Source of the DNA: Psammoneis japonica
Taxonomy: Eukaryota
Assembly (NCBI GenBank): GCA_008632985.1
Contig: QPGO01000024.1
Coordinates: forward strand, 449,848 to 513,847
Length of the DNA: 64,000 bases
Direction: 5' to 3'
Below, piece by piece: positions 1-10,680 of this stretch (position 1 is the stretch's first letter; each line of letters begins with the position of its first letter). The notes below the pieces were generated by a model that did not search any database, was not told the DNA's origin, and saw only the letters and a list, made by a program, of their open reading frames with translations. A program made the position numbers and the translations under genes.

Positions 1-240
1 ACGCTGGCGGCCGCCGAGGAGCAGGTGAAGGCGGGGACCCATGCCGCCGTGAGCAGCGTGGTCATCTCGTGGCCTCAGAAGGCGGGGACAGCCATTGCGT
101 CATGAATGCAGCACGACCGCTGATTTCCCTGCAATTGCACACAATGCTGGGAACAGTGGCTTCATTGGACAAGAAGCACAAGAAAATCAATGACAAGCAG
201 CAAACAGCATGACGATGCAAAGAGCCACACTTGCACTTTG

Positions 241-267
241 GCAGCAGCAGCAGCAGCAGCAGCAGCA
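241..267 (+). repeat. (GCA)9 microsatellite
   Basis: Seen directly. Confidence 0.9.
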
Positions 268-959
268 ACAATGACAATGGCGAAGTGATTTGAGTGTTGT
301 TGTGGTTGTTGTGTGCAAGCAGTGAGCTTTGTTTTGAAACGACAAGTCGGTCTGCGATCATTGGATTTCCAACAAACTTTTTGGACATCACGCATTTAAA
401 GAAACTGAGTCATTTAAAAATGTGCAGCATGTAAAATCTCTCATGACCATGTGCTCAGAAAGACAAACAAACAGACAGACTGCCAATGCGGAAACCGCCA
501 GATGGGCATTTGTGCCGGGTGCTGGCAAAGACAGATGGACGGGCCACCAGGCCTCTTTGCATGTTGTGCCGCACCCAAGTTTAGACAGATGGAGATGACC
601 CACCAGTGGCACAACCACTCTGGACTTGATTCATTTGGAGAAGGGTGCCTCTCAGCCAAGTTGACCTGGTTGACATTTTTGACTGTGACCTGTCAAACTT
701 TGGTGCTCTTGCTTTCTCACTTTTCCAGCTTTTTGTTTGAACGGAACATTGATGGCTGTGGCTGGATCAGCACACTCCAGCTTGGAAAAGCCTGTTCTTT
801 TTTGCTCTTCTCTCTTCCCCATCATGTCAGACTTTTTTCTTCTGGTGTTGACAATGGTGCCTTCATCAATTTGGCTTGTCAGCTTGAATCTGATGTGTGA
901 TTTTGCCGCTGTTGTTGAGTTTCTCTCTCCTCCTCAGGCCCACCCTCCATGGGTGGAGC

Positions 960-1300
960 TTCAGTGGGGTCATGAGAGCTTAAATCCAGAATTTTCAAGC
1001 TTGAGTGTTGGTTTGAGACAGAGAGGAAATCATTTGCTGTCCTGGAGACATTGAAAGAAATTTGGTGTTGTTCCTTGGTCAATGTGTGCACTTGTTGTGT
1101 GTGTGTTGATTGCAAATGCATTTCATCATGTGGGGCATTTGATGCCCAAATGTGCCATGCATTTGCAGTTGATGTGCAATGAGTGCAGCCCCAAGTCACA
1201 GCACATCAAGGGGCATCATCACCCAGTTGCAGATGCCCTCAGCCATCTGGCAATGCAACCCAGCAGCAGTGGAGATGCTGGCTCTGCGCCCTTCACATGA
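960..1300 (+). mobile_element. Degenerate Ty3/Gypsy pol, RNase H region
   Basis: Translations ETERKSFAVLETLKE (cf. TEKELLSIVETLKEF) and HIKGHHHPVADALSHL (cf. YIKG..N.VADALSRL). Confidence 0.8.
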
Positions 1301-1859
1301 AGCACTCACTTTGCAGATGACCACAGTGCTGCCAGCAAGCTTTGTGCAAATGAAAAAAAGAACAAATCAGAGTTTTTGGCACTGCCACTCCATTGCCAGC
1401 TGGGCCATTGCTGGCCAACCCACACTCCCAGCATGCTGCTTCAGTGTGGCAGGAGCTTGCACAGGATCAGCCAGACTGGGTGCCACCAGAAGGTGACACC
1501 CCACCAAAATGACTGAAAAGGATTGACTTGCACAAGGAGTTCATTGTGTGCTCATTGGTGACAGCCACAGAGGGCACACCACCACAACTGCAAAAGGAGA
1601 ATGGCACTCATGCAGGTTTTCAAAAGAAGCAACAAGACACTTTGGAACATGCTGCCAAAACAAGTGCAAACTTGGATTGCAAGGCCGCTCATTCTTGACT
1701 GAGAAGAATTGTGACAATTGCAAGAAGCTTGGCCCTCAAAGCAGTGCAGAGCTGAGACAGCTGGCAAGCAGAGGAAAGACAGTGCAGGACTTGGATGCAT
1801 TGAGCCAGGAGCCTTGAAGGCAAGGCAGGCAGGTCATCAGGAAAAAGCACTCATTTCAT

Positions 1860-2310
1860 GTTGAAACAACACCACATCTTGTGCAGAAATGCCAGTGGCT
1901 CAGCAAATGGACAACAATCAAAGGTGTGGAAGGATGACTCTCATTTGTGCTCACAAGGGCAGCAACAGAGGCAGTGTTTTCCAACCCCAAAGAGTGAAGA
2001 ACTTGATTGAAGAGCAAAGAAAAGAGGTGGCATTGAAGACTGACTGGAGCGGGTGGAAGCAGTCATCCAGAGTTGTGACAAGCAGATCATCAGCAGCTTC
2101 ACACAGAAACACAGCCAGATCTTGTGCAGAAATGCCAACAGGCACAGCAAATGGATGACAATCATCAAAGGACACTGAAGGATGACTCATGCTCATGCCA
2201 GAAAGTGCCACAAGCAACAGAGGCAGTGCATTTACCCCAGAGAGTGAGGGGAAAAGAAGCAGTGTTGAAGACCAGCTGGCATGGACAGAAGCAGTCCAGA
2301 GATGCAATGA
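1860..2310 (+). repeat. Two diverged ~245-bp tandem units inside a ~1.3-kb insert splitting the Gypsy pol
   Basis: Shared blocks atcttgtgcagaaatgcca, cagcaaatgga, gaaggatgactc, agcaacagaggcagtg, ttgaagac at about 1875 and about 2119. Confidence 0.75.
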
Positions 2311-2739
2311 TGTGCAGATTGTCAACAATTTCTGCTGAACTGTGTGGAACTTGTGCTGAAACCTGTGCAGAAAATTTCTGAGATGACAGAAAATTGAAAG
2401 CAACAAATGTTGCTTGCAATGCTGCAATGAGGTTGAGGCTGCCATTGGCAAATGTGAACAAAATGGGCTTGTTGGAGCCAACATCACACTGTCTGAGAAG
2501 GGCAACATCAGCACAAGAAGTTGTGCAGAAAACAATGTAGAGACAGGGGTGTGCAGCTGACATTAAAAAGTGTGATTGCAAAAAGAACAGCTGCCTGTTT
2601 GCTGAAATGCACTGCACTCCAGTGTGCACTTCACCTGTGTGCTTTGTGGGGGAGGCACACAATGACAGCTGGCATGCCACGAGGACAAAATTGTTGCACT
2701 GGAGGTGTTGACAAAACCTCCAGCTGTGCAGTGCCTGAA

Positions 2740-3600
2740 CAGCCGCACTGCCCTGGCAAGACATGTGCAGAAGCAAACACCCCGCTGCCCATCACTTTCA
2801 CTGGCCTGGCATCATGAGGGCTGGAGTGCATTCTGCATGTGTGAAGTGAAAACAATGCCAGGAAATGAAATGCCAAACACAGCCAGCATTGCAAGAAGCT
2901 GCCAGAAAAAGCAGCCAAGACAATCCTTTTGGATGTGACAGGGGTTTCACCAAATTGAGCAATGTGGAAAAAACACTCTGCAAAGGTGAGCAGCAACTGT
3001 GATTGCCTTGCCAGCAGGGTGGTTCAAGTGCCAAGATTTTAGAAGTGTGCACCAAACATGCGGGTGTCACAGAGATGCAGCAAATGTCATGGAGCAAACC
3101 TGGCCATGCAGGCATCCAAATCCACAGGTGAGCACTTCTGTGAAATGCACACACCAGACACTTGGAGATGTGGTGTGCTCATTTTCAGTGCAAGACATGG
3201 AGTTGGACAAGGGCAGCCCATGGAAGGGCATCTTTTCAGCCACAGCTTTTGCCATGCATCCTGCATCACATGCCACTGCATGTGCAAGTCCCAAACAATT
3301 GGTCTTTGATGCAACGCAGCTCTTTTGTTCACCACCCTTTGTGTCAAGTGCCAAGTGGAAGCACACCTGATGCAGAAAGCCAAGCTGATGCACCCAAATG
3401 ACAAATGCAAAAGCACGAAACAAAAGGAGTGCCAACACACCACAGGGCAGTTGGTGCTTGCTGTCAAACAAGGACAAAAGACAAAACACACCAGAACTGG
3501 CTGTCGCACAGGTTCTGCCAGCATTGTCAGCATGAGCAAAACAGCACCACTTTGCATGCACAAGATGGTGTGCTGACACAGATGCACTGCCATGCCACAT
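2740..3600 (+). mobile_element. Degenerate Ty3/Gypsy integrase
   Basis: PGKTCAEA..HFHWPG (zinc-binding region), WPCRHPNP (cf. WLCRYPRP), HQTLGDVV...PWKGIFSATAFAM...SPKQLVF (cf. HQTLGNMLR...PWSGILSA.AFA.R...TPGQLVFG). Confidence 0.8.
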
Positions 3601-3619
3601 CACATTTTTCTTGATGCAA

Positions 3620-4110
3620 CAATTCAGATGAGCATTGCTGATTGATGCACTGCTGGAATGGCCCATTTTGTGCTCAAACTGCAGGGGTGGTCAGCTGCTC
3701 CAAGTTTGCATGAGAGGCCAATGGACAAACATGATGATGTTGTGGTGGCAGCATCATCAGCACTTTTCCACTGCCATGCGACAGCACAATGTTGTTTTTG
3801 ACACAACAACACAGATGAGCACCAACAGCTGGTGCATTAGAATGGTGACCCATTTTGCTCAAACTGCAGGAGCTTGTCATTTTGTTCAAACTTGTGTGAG
3901 GCCAACACCACTTTCATGATGATGTTGCAAGAATTTTGCTGCAGCCTTGTTGCAGTGTGTTTTTCTTTACAACACAGATGAGCACTGATGGCCAGCACAA
4001 CAGAACAACCAAATTTGCTCAAACTGCAGGAGTCACCAGCTCATTCAAATTGAAATGAGAGGCCAGTGGTGCCAAAATGATGACAACATGGTGGCGGCAT
4101 GTCAGCAATT
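3620..4110. repeat. Three diverged ~165-185-bp tandem units
   Basis: Anchors cagatgagca and gctcaaactgcagg and gaggcca recur in units starting near 3626, 3811 and 3975. Confidence 0.75.
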
Positions 4111-7100
4111 TCCCACAGTGCATTTGTCAATTTAGTGTCTTGCAAGTGGCAGTGATCAATTGGCGATCAATTGGCCATTGTTGCAGCGGCAAAAACAAAA
4201 ACCTCTTCCGTTTGCCATTTGCACTTCCTGTGCATGAAAAAGTGGCCAATTTGTCTTTGTGGTTGATTTTCCGTGCAACTGGCCAGAGCAGCAGCTGGCT
4301 GGAGAGCAGCTCCACTCCAGCCAGCCAGCTGGTCATCTGCACAAGCAACAAGCAGCGTGATGTCATGTGCAACATTCCTGGCCACGGCGATCCTGGCTGT
4401 GAAACATCACATTTGGGCAAAAAATGGCATGCCAGCAATTGATTTGTGGCCCCGGACTGCAACGAACTCATTTCTCATGTGTGTGTGCATGAGCCTTCAA
4501 ATGCTTCTTCGGATCACTTTTCCCTTGTGTCAACCATGTGCCCTCATGCCCTGCGGTGTTCAACGCTTTGCTGTCAATGGCAAAACAATCAGGGGTCATT
4601 GGAAAAACAGTGGTGGCATTTGGGATTGGAGCATCACATGACATCATGTTTTTGCAAAATGTGATCTGCTCTCTGCAGCAGAGAGGAGAGAGAGTCTGAG
4701 TCTGCCGCACACCAACGTGTGTGATTTACAACATTTTGCCACTTGTGGCAGTGTCCATGAAATGGAGGACTGATCAATGCCACAACAAACATTGTGAGCA
4801 TCAAAGAAAGTTGCATCATTTTTTGAAAACAAAAGGATGCTTCTTGAGTGAGGAGGAGGAGTTGCAACCCTTTTGAAGGGTCATGGTGACTGAAATGAAT
4901 GGGATGGGACCACCTGACCTGATGCCATTGGATCTCAGGTCATGGTTTGTGGGCTCATGGCAGTTTGCACTGTAGAGATAGAAATGGCAAAGCAGACAAC
5001 TCAGGAGGTGTGAATTGACCAGTTGCCAAATTGTGAGAACAAAAACCACTCCACTCAACAACCAACAACAACTTGTGGGAAACAACAAGTGAACCGCACT
5101 CACACCAAACTCAACACAGATGCACTTGGTGCAAAGGCCTGTCAAGAACGAGAAGTTCTTGATTGCATGAAAGAAGAACAGAAGTGAGGCTCATTCTCAA
5201 TTTGAACCCCAGACCTCCGATCTCATTCGTTTCTTGATCTGTGATTGGGTGAGTCGTTGATGGTGGTTGATGGTGGTTTCTGAGCGGTCATCATCACACG
5301 CAGCACATGTCACGTTGGAAAGGGGCCTTTGCAAGCAAGGGCAGGTTGTCAAATGGTGTGCTTGGCGCATTTGCACATGACGATGTTGCTGACACAGCCG
5401 GTCATCCCCTGAGTGAGCAGCGCTGTGCACGCTGTGGTTTGTGGCACACAGCACATGAACACTTGCTGACAATGCAAGGTCATTTTTCCCTTGTGTGCGC
5501 AACAAATCTCCCTTGTGTTGCACGCTGCAACATCAACTTGGCTGATGTGGAAGGTCATCCTTTGAGTGATTGCACCTTGTGTGTGGCACAAATTTGATGC
5601 CATGCACAGCACATGACATGAAGGGAAAGCAACTTTTAGAGTCATCACACATTGCCCCTTTGTCACTTTAATCTAGCTGGTCAAACACAGCTTTAAATTG
5701 CCATGATGCAGCACGCAGAGAGAGGACAGATCTTGGCACAAATTTCACCAGTCTAACACAAGCAACAAGGAGAGTGAACTCAGAAAATGCAAAGGCATTC
5801 TGAGCAGAAAGAAGCATCATTGTCAGCTGTTGCATGTTTGCCATCTCTCTTTGGTCTTTTTTTCTTTGCAGTGTGTGGCAGCTGCCCCCCTCTTCCTCTC
5901 TCAGAACAAGCTTGTCTCATCCACTTCCTTCCTGTCACTGTGTGCCACACAAACTGGTCAAAGCATTTTGCTTTTTAACTTTTCCACAAAGTGTCCTGAG
6001 TTGGTGCTGATGCAAGAGGAGGCCAAGCTCTTGCAGCTTGGAGCTGACCAGCAGCGTGTGCCTTCTGTGCTGCATGCTTGATGTCTCTTGCAAGCAGCGG
6101 CGGCTGTGCGAAACAATGTGTGCATGAGCTGCCACCTGCCCAAGGCTGCAAAAAATGGTTTGCTTCTCTCTGCATGGCTTTTTGACTTTTCTCATGCCCT
6201 CCTCACAAAAGCAAGCCTTTGTTTGCTCTTCCTGCTTCTGCTGCTGCCCAGAACCTTGCGCCAGTGCATGCTGGGGGTCATTTCTGTCTACCTCAGATGC
6301 TGTGTGCCTGTGAACACTTCCACTTTTTTCATTTTTTGTTGCTGTTGTTGCTCTGGCTCCTTGCTGCTCCAACATGCAGCACTGCTTTCTGCTGCTGACA
6401 CTGCTCCTTTTTGATGGTCTTGGCAGAGCACCTCTCTGCGAAGGAGCATCATGTTGGGAGCTCTGCACCAAAGCTGAAAGACAATTTTCCAGCTCTAAAG
6501 AGAGCTCATGCCAGAGGACATGCTTTTTTGTTCTTGTTTGACACAAGCAGCACGCGGCAGCACCAGCACAAAGCAAAGACATTTTCAGGGCAAGCTCCGA
6601 TGATGCTTTTTGGGCAAGCTTGGAGATTTTGCAACAAGCGCCAATGCAAAGTGCTGAATGCACTCTTTGTGGGGTGATGCTTGGTTGTTGACAACATGCA
6701 GGGATTTTTTGCTGGCCACCAGCTGGGGTCAACAACGAGCTCTTGCTCTGCTGGGTTGTGCTGCAGAGCATCTCAACTGCTTGCTTTTGGTGCCAAAAAA
6801 GTCTCGCCACTCTCCATTTGGCACCTTGTTGGTCCCTTCCACCTGCTTGTTCAAGCTGCAGCACACAGGCACAGCTGTCTGTGAGAGCTGGCACCAGCAC
6901 CCTGGCCCTCCTCCTGTGGCTTCTTTTTCATCCTCATCATTGGTGCCTCTTGCAGCCATCAGCACTGTGTGGATGGACACACTGCTTCTACACCAAATTC
7001 TTGTGCCTGTGCATCACACTTTGCTTCATAAATTTTTCCTTTTCCTTGAGTGCTGCAGCTGCCTTTGGTGACGGTGCTTGTGAAAAATCATCATTTGTTC

Positions 7101-7295
7101 ACCCCAGGTGAAAGTCCGGGTTACTTTTGCCTGCTGACTCTCGCTTCGCTCGAGTTGAGTTAAAAAATCAAAACCCTCTGCCCACACCAGGTAAAAAAAA
7201 AGCCTTTGCAAATCCACTGCCGAGGGAGGATTAGGAATGGCGCTACGAGAGCCAATCAGAATTCAGCATTTGGGATTTCTACTTAGGGGAGACCC

Positions 7296-7318
7296 TCGGA
7301 AAGTCGAGGACTTTCCGA
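7296..7318. other. Perfect 10-bp inverted repeat upstream of the transposase
   Basis: tcggaaagtc-gag-gactttccga; a CCAAT element (gagccaatcag) lies at about 7250. Confidence 0.7.
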
Positions 7319-7482
7319 CTAATTAATTGGCACTTTTTTGGAAAATCTGACGCAATCACTTAGGGACGAGGAGGTTGAGACAACTCTCCAAAAGCAGACA
7401 CAAGAATCAGAATGATGCGGAGACCGACTGTCATCTTCCTTTCGCGCCACGGAAAATCACAACAACACAGACTTCTCACGCG

Positions 7483-10400
7483 ATGAGAAAAATTCTCTCA
7501 CAAAAAAAACCCACGAGAGAGAAAAGTACAATCTCTACTGGTGCTTCGATGATGACGGACGTAACGGAAGAATCTGCTCCAACAAAAGAGGCCGAAGAGC
7601 GGCAGCTGCATCCTTTCTTTAGAAACATGGGCATTCAATCCCAGAAACGCAAAGGCTCCATCAAAACGAGCAAAAGCCAAGCGCACACACGCCAGAAGCG
7701 GACGCATCAGAGCGATTTTAGTGGGCGTAAGGTAGCAAGAGTAGACGACGGAACGAAGAAATGCAAGAGATGTGAGAGAGGTCCTACACATCATCATGGC
7801 CATGATCCCACATGTAAATTTTCAAAAAGGCACTCGCAAGTGAACGTCACCAAAGCTACCATGGATGCAGAGCGACGCGATAAAGAGCTGCACGAAACGA
7901 ACAACACGATTCCGGCTGCCCCAGTTGAGGGAGTTTCGACCATACGAGACCATTTTGGAACACAGAGACCTGAAGCTCGCATCATGTTGCCTCCTCCAGG
8001 TGTTTCCAATGTTTGCAAGCCGGTGAATTCGGGGGTGGCTGGTGCTGCAGGCCCCGTGGAGTACACGGATAATACTTGCAAGGCGGCCGCTATTACAAAA
8101 TTTTTGGTTGAGACTTTGAAACAAGAGATTCGAGCAAGAGTAAAAAAATACGAGAACTCCGAGGAGAGGACGAAGTGCCCGGCTGCAGTAAGTGCTCTCA
8201 TCAGCTATCTGTTGGACTCTATCAAGCCCAGATTCGAGCAAGGCAGCAACAAGTATCCTGTGGCTACAGCAAAAAGTATTAAGCTCAACGAGATGCTGGA
8301 GCTTAAGGATGAAACTTTTCCTCCTGGTACAATGTCATTTGAAGTTCCCAAGGATGACTGCACATTGCCACCTGATTGTTACTACCATCAGCTGCAAGGT
8401 ATGATAATACACATTGTTTGTTGGGAGCTGAATTATCCTAACATCTACATCCCCTGCATTGACGGAGAGTGCGACGGTGAAATGATTCATGACCGTATGG
8501 ACTTTACTCGATACGGTGGGGCGACACCAATATATTGCATCAGCGGGAAGACGCACATGGCGGTGTCAATGTGGTACGAATGCAATCAATGCAAAATTCG
8601 ATGCAAGGGCAACGACGGTCGACTACTGCACAAGCTGCCAAAAAGCCTACAGTCAGCATATCCAACGTTGCCTAAGTATGCTAGTGCAACCAACAAGTGG
8701 CATCTTACCAAGGAAACTACAAGACTCCTTGAGTCCATTATTGTCACGTACGCAGGCGGGGACAAGTTCTCGCACATGCTGCACCAAATGCGAGCCGACT
8801 ATTTCAAGGACCTCCAGAAAGAATACTATGACCGAGCCATAGACAAAACCGAAGACTGGGTGTCTTTTGAGGATTGGATGGGCGGGTACAGTCCATCAGG
8901 CTCTGCACTTCTCGATCTTTATGACGAAAGCGGCAAATCAAAATTGACAGCTCTGGCCACGTCCTCGTATGACAGGTGCACGAGATTAATACAGATGGTT
9001 GGAGCCGCCGTGAGTGTCGCATCCGATCACACTTTTCAGATTCTCAAAAACTACTCAAAGAAAGCAGGTGGAGCAGCTGGCCTGTTCACCATGTGCAATG
9101 AAAAGGGGCAGGTAGGAACCGCTTGCCTAACCCCAACATTGGAAGCAAAAGATTTTGCTCACGCGGCAGAACAGTTTGCCAGGCGAAAAAACGTACGACC
9201 GAAAATCCACTACAGCGACACCTGGCCGCATAAGTCGCAGCTATGGAAGACAATTTTCGGAATGAACCTAATCTGTCTGCTCGGGCTCTTTCATTGGATG
9301 CATCGAATTGTAAGAACGCTCCGAAAAGAGCATGCTGATTATTGGCAAGCTGTAAGTGATCTTAAGGCGACCGTATCGTATGCCGAGTGGTCCGACCGCC
9401 AAGCTGTGATACAAGCCCTGAAGGATGGCACTCTAAACAACAAAAAGCATTCTGACGAGGAGATACAAGATGTCATCCACTCTTCAAGGTGGAAGCACTA
9501 CCAGGAATACATTCGTCTCTGGAGGCACCCGCTGGAGAAAAGGCTCACTTTGCTTGAGGATTGGTTTGCTCGATACAAGTGCACTGCCTCCGACGGAGCC
9601 CCCGCTGCCGGAGGACGGCTAGATCCAGACAGTGGACTAACACTGTTTACAACCGACACAAAGGATGCAATTTTGAATGCGAAAGAAACCTCTAAGGGAT
9701 TGGACACTCCAGTGCCGAAGTCGGAGCAGTGCTGGCCAGTAGCGCCGTCCCTGCGGTCGAAAGCAAAACCAGTAAAGTGGCGAACGCTGCTAGGACCAGA
9801 ATCCAAATTGGAGAAGGCACACGATTCACTGGCACATTATGGAAATTGCGGAATGAGACATTCATTGATGGACTTGCTTACGTTGGAAGGATTAGTTTTG
9901 TACAATGAAACAATCGAAGAGAAGGAGCGAATCGAGAAAATGGATGCAACGGCGCGAGCCAAGATTCCATACGACTTTCGGGGCGTGGTTACTCATCGGA
10001 ATGTACTTGATCTAATTGAAATCAATAACCTTGCAATAAAAAAGGGGAAGAAAGCGCCATATCCGAATGTAAGGGAACTCGAGGAGGACACCGGCGAGCG
10101 TTTCTTGTCCCAGTGCCTGCTGGAGCAGAATGCAAGAAATGAAACGATTGCTCCACACCCCGAGACAGATCGATGCATGTGCAATCTCTGTGGGACGAAA
10201 CCGGTGCAAAATCCATACAAGCGAACAACAAGATCAGAAGTTGGAAACCGTGACGATGGGGAAACTGCAGCGGCGCCAACCGTTGAACCTACAAGCGGCA
10301 TTGTCGAAATTGCGATGGCTCCCGAGGTGACGGTTGAACCCATGTGCATGGATGCCACTCCATTGCTTAATGCAGCTCACGTTCAAGTCGAGGAGCAGTT

Positions 10401-10680
10401 CAACATGTTGCAAGCCATGAGAAGCACCCTCTCGCAACAGCTTGCTTTTGCATCGAGCATGAGTGCAGCCCTCCCATCTGTTCCATGTCAAGTGCAACCG
10501 GCTCTTTCAACTCTTAATGATCCAATACGAGATCAAAGGAAGCGAGACATTGATCCGTACTGTTGTCCTGCTTTCCTACAATACAAGCTGCAGCAAAGCT
10601 ACAGCGTGACGGGGTGCCGACCAAGAGGTCGACCAGCGCATTCTAAGGATTGCCCAAAGAGACAGCAGTCAAGAAGGTAG
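7483..10680 (+). mobile_element. Intact Dada-like DDE transposase ORF (1065 aa from ATG 7483)
   Basis: Uninterrupted ORF with normal composition. Cys-rich N-terminal region (PC...YECNQC), then SDHTF, MCNEKGQV..LT, P.IHYSD, LGLFHWMHR, H.DY...SDL and GPESKLEKAH, in the order typical of Dada-type transposases (DHTFK / NE.GQV / YxD / DxxH / GT..LE..H). Confidence 0.7.

Larger units (their letters stand above)
1..7110. other. TpA/CpG-eroded repeat domain A (decayed TEs and gene fragments)
   Basis: Manual count: 0 TpA and 2 CpG in 1201-1800, with a large excess of TG/CA. ORF translations nearly lack Tyr and are rich in Cys/His/Gln. Composition returns to normal at about 7110. Confidence 0.9.

Noticed and set aside
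7170..7200. TTACCTGG on the minus strand resembling the U1 snRNA 5' end (a possible Dada target)
   Set aside because: Only 8 nt match; no U1 loop motifs or Sm site follow.
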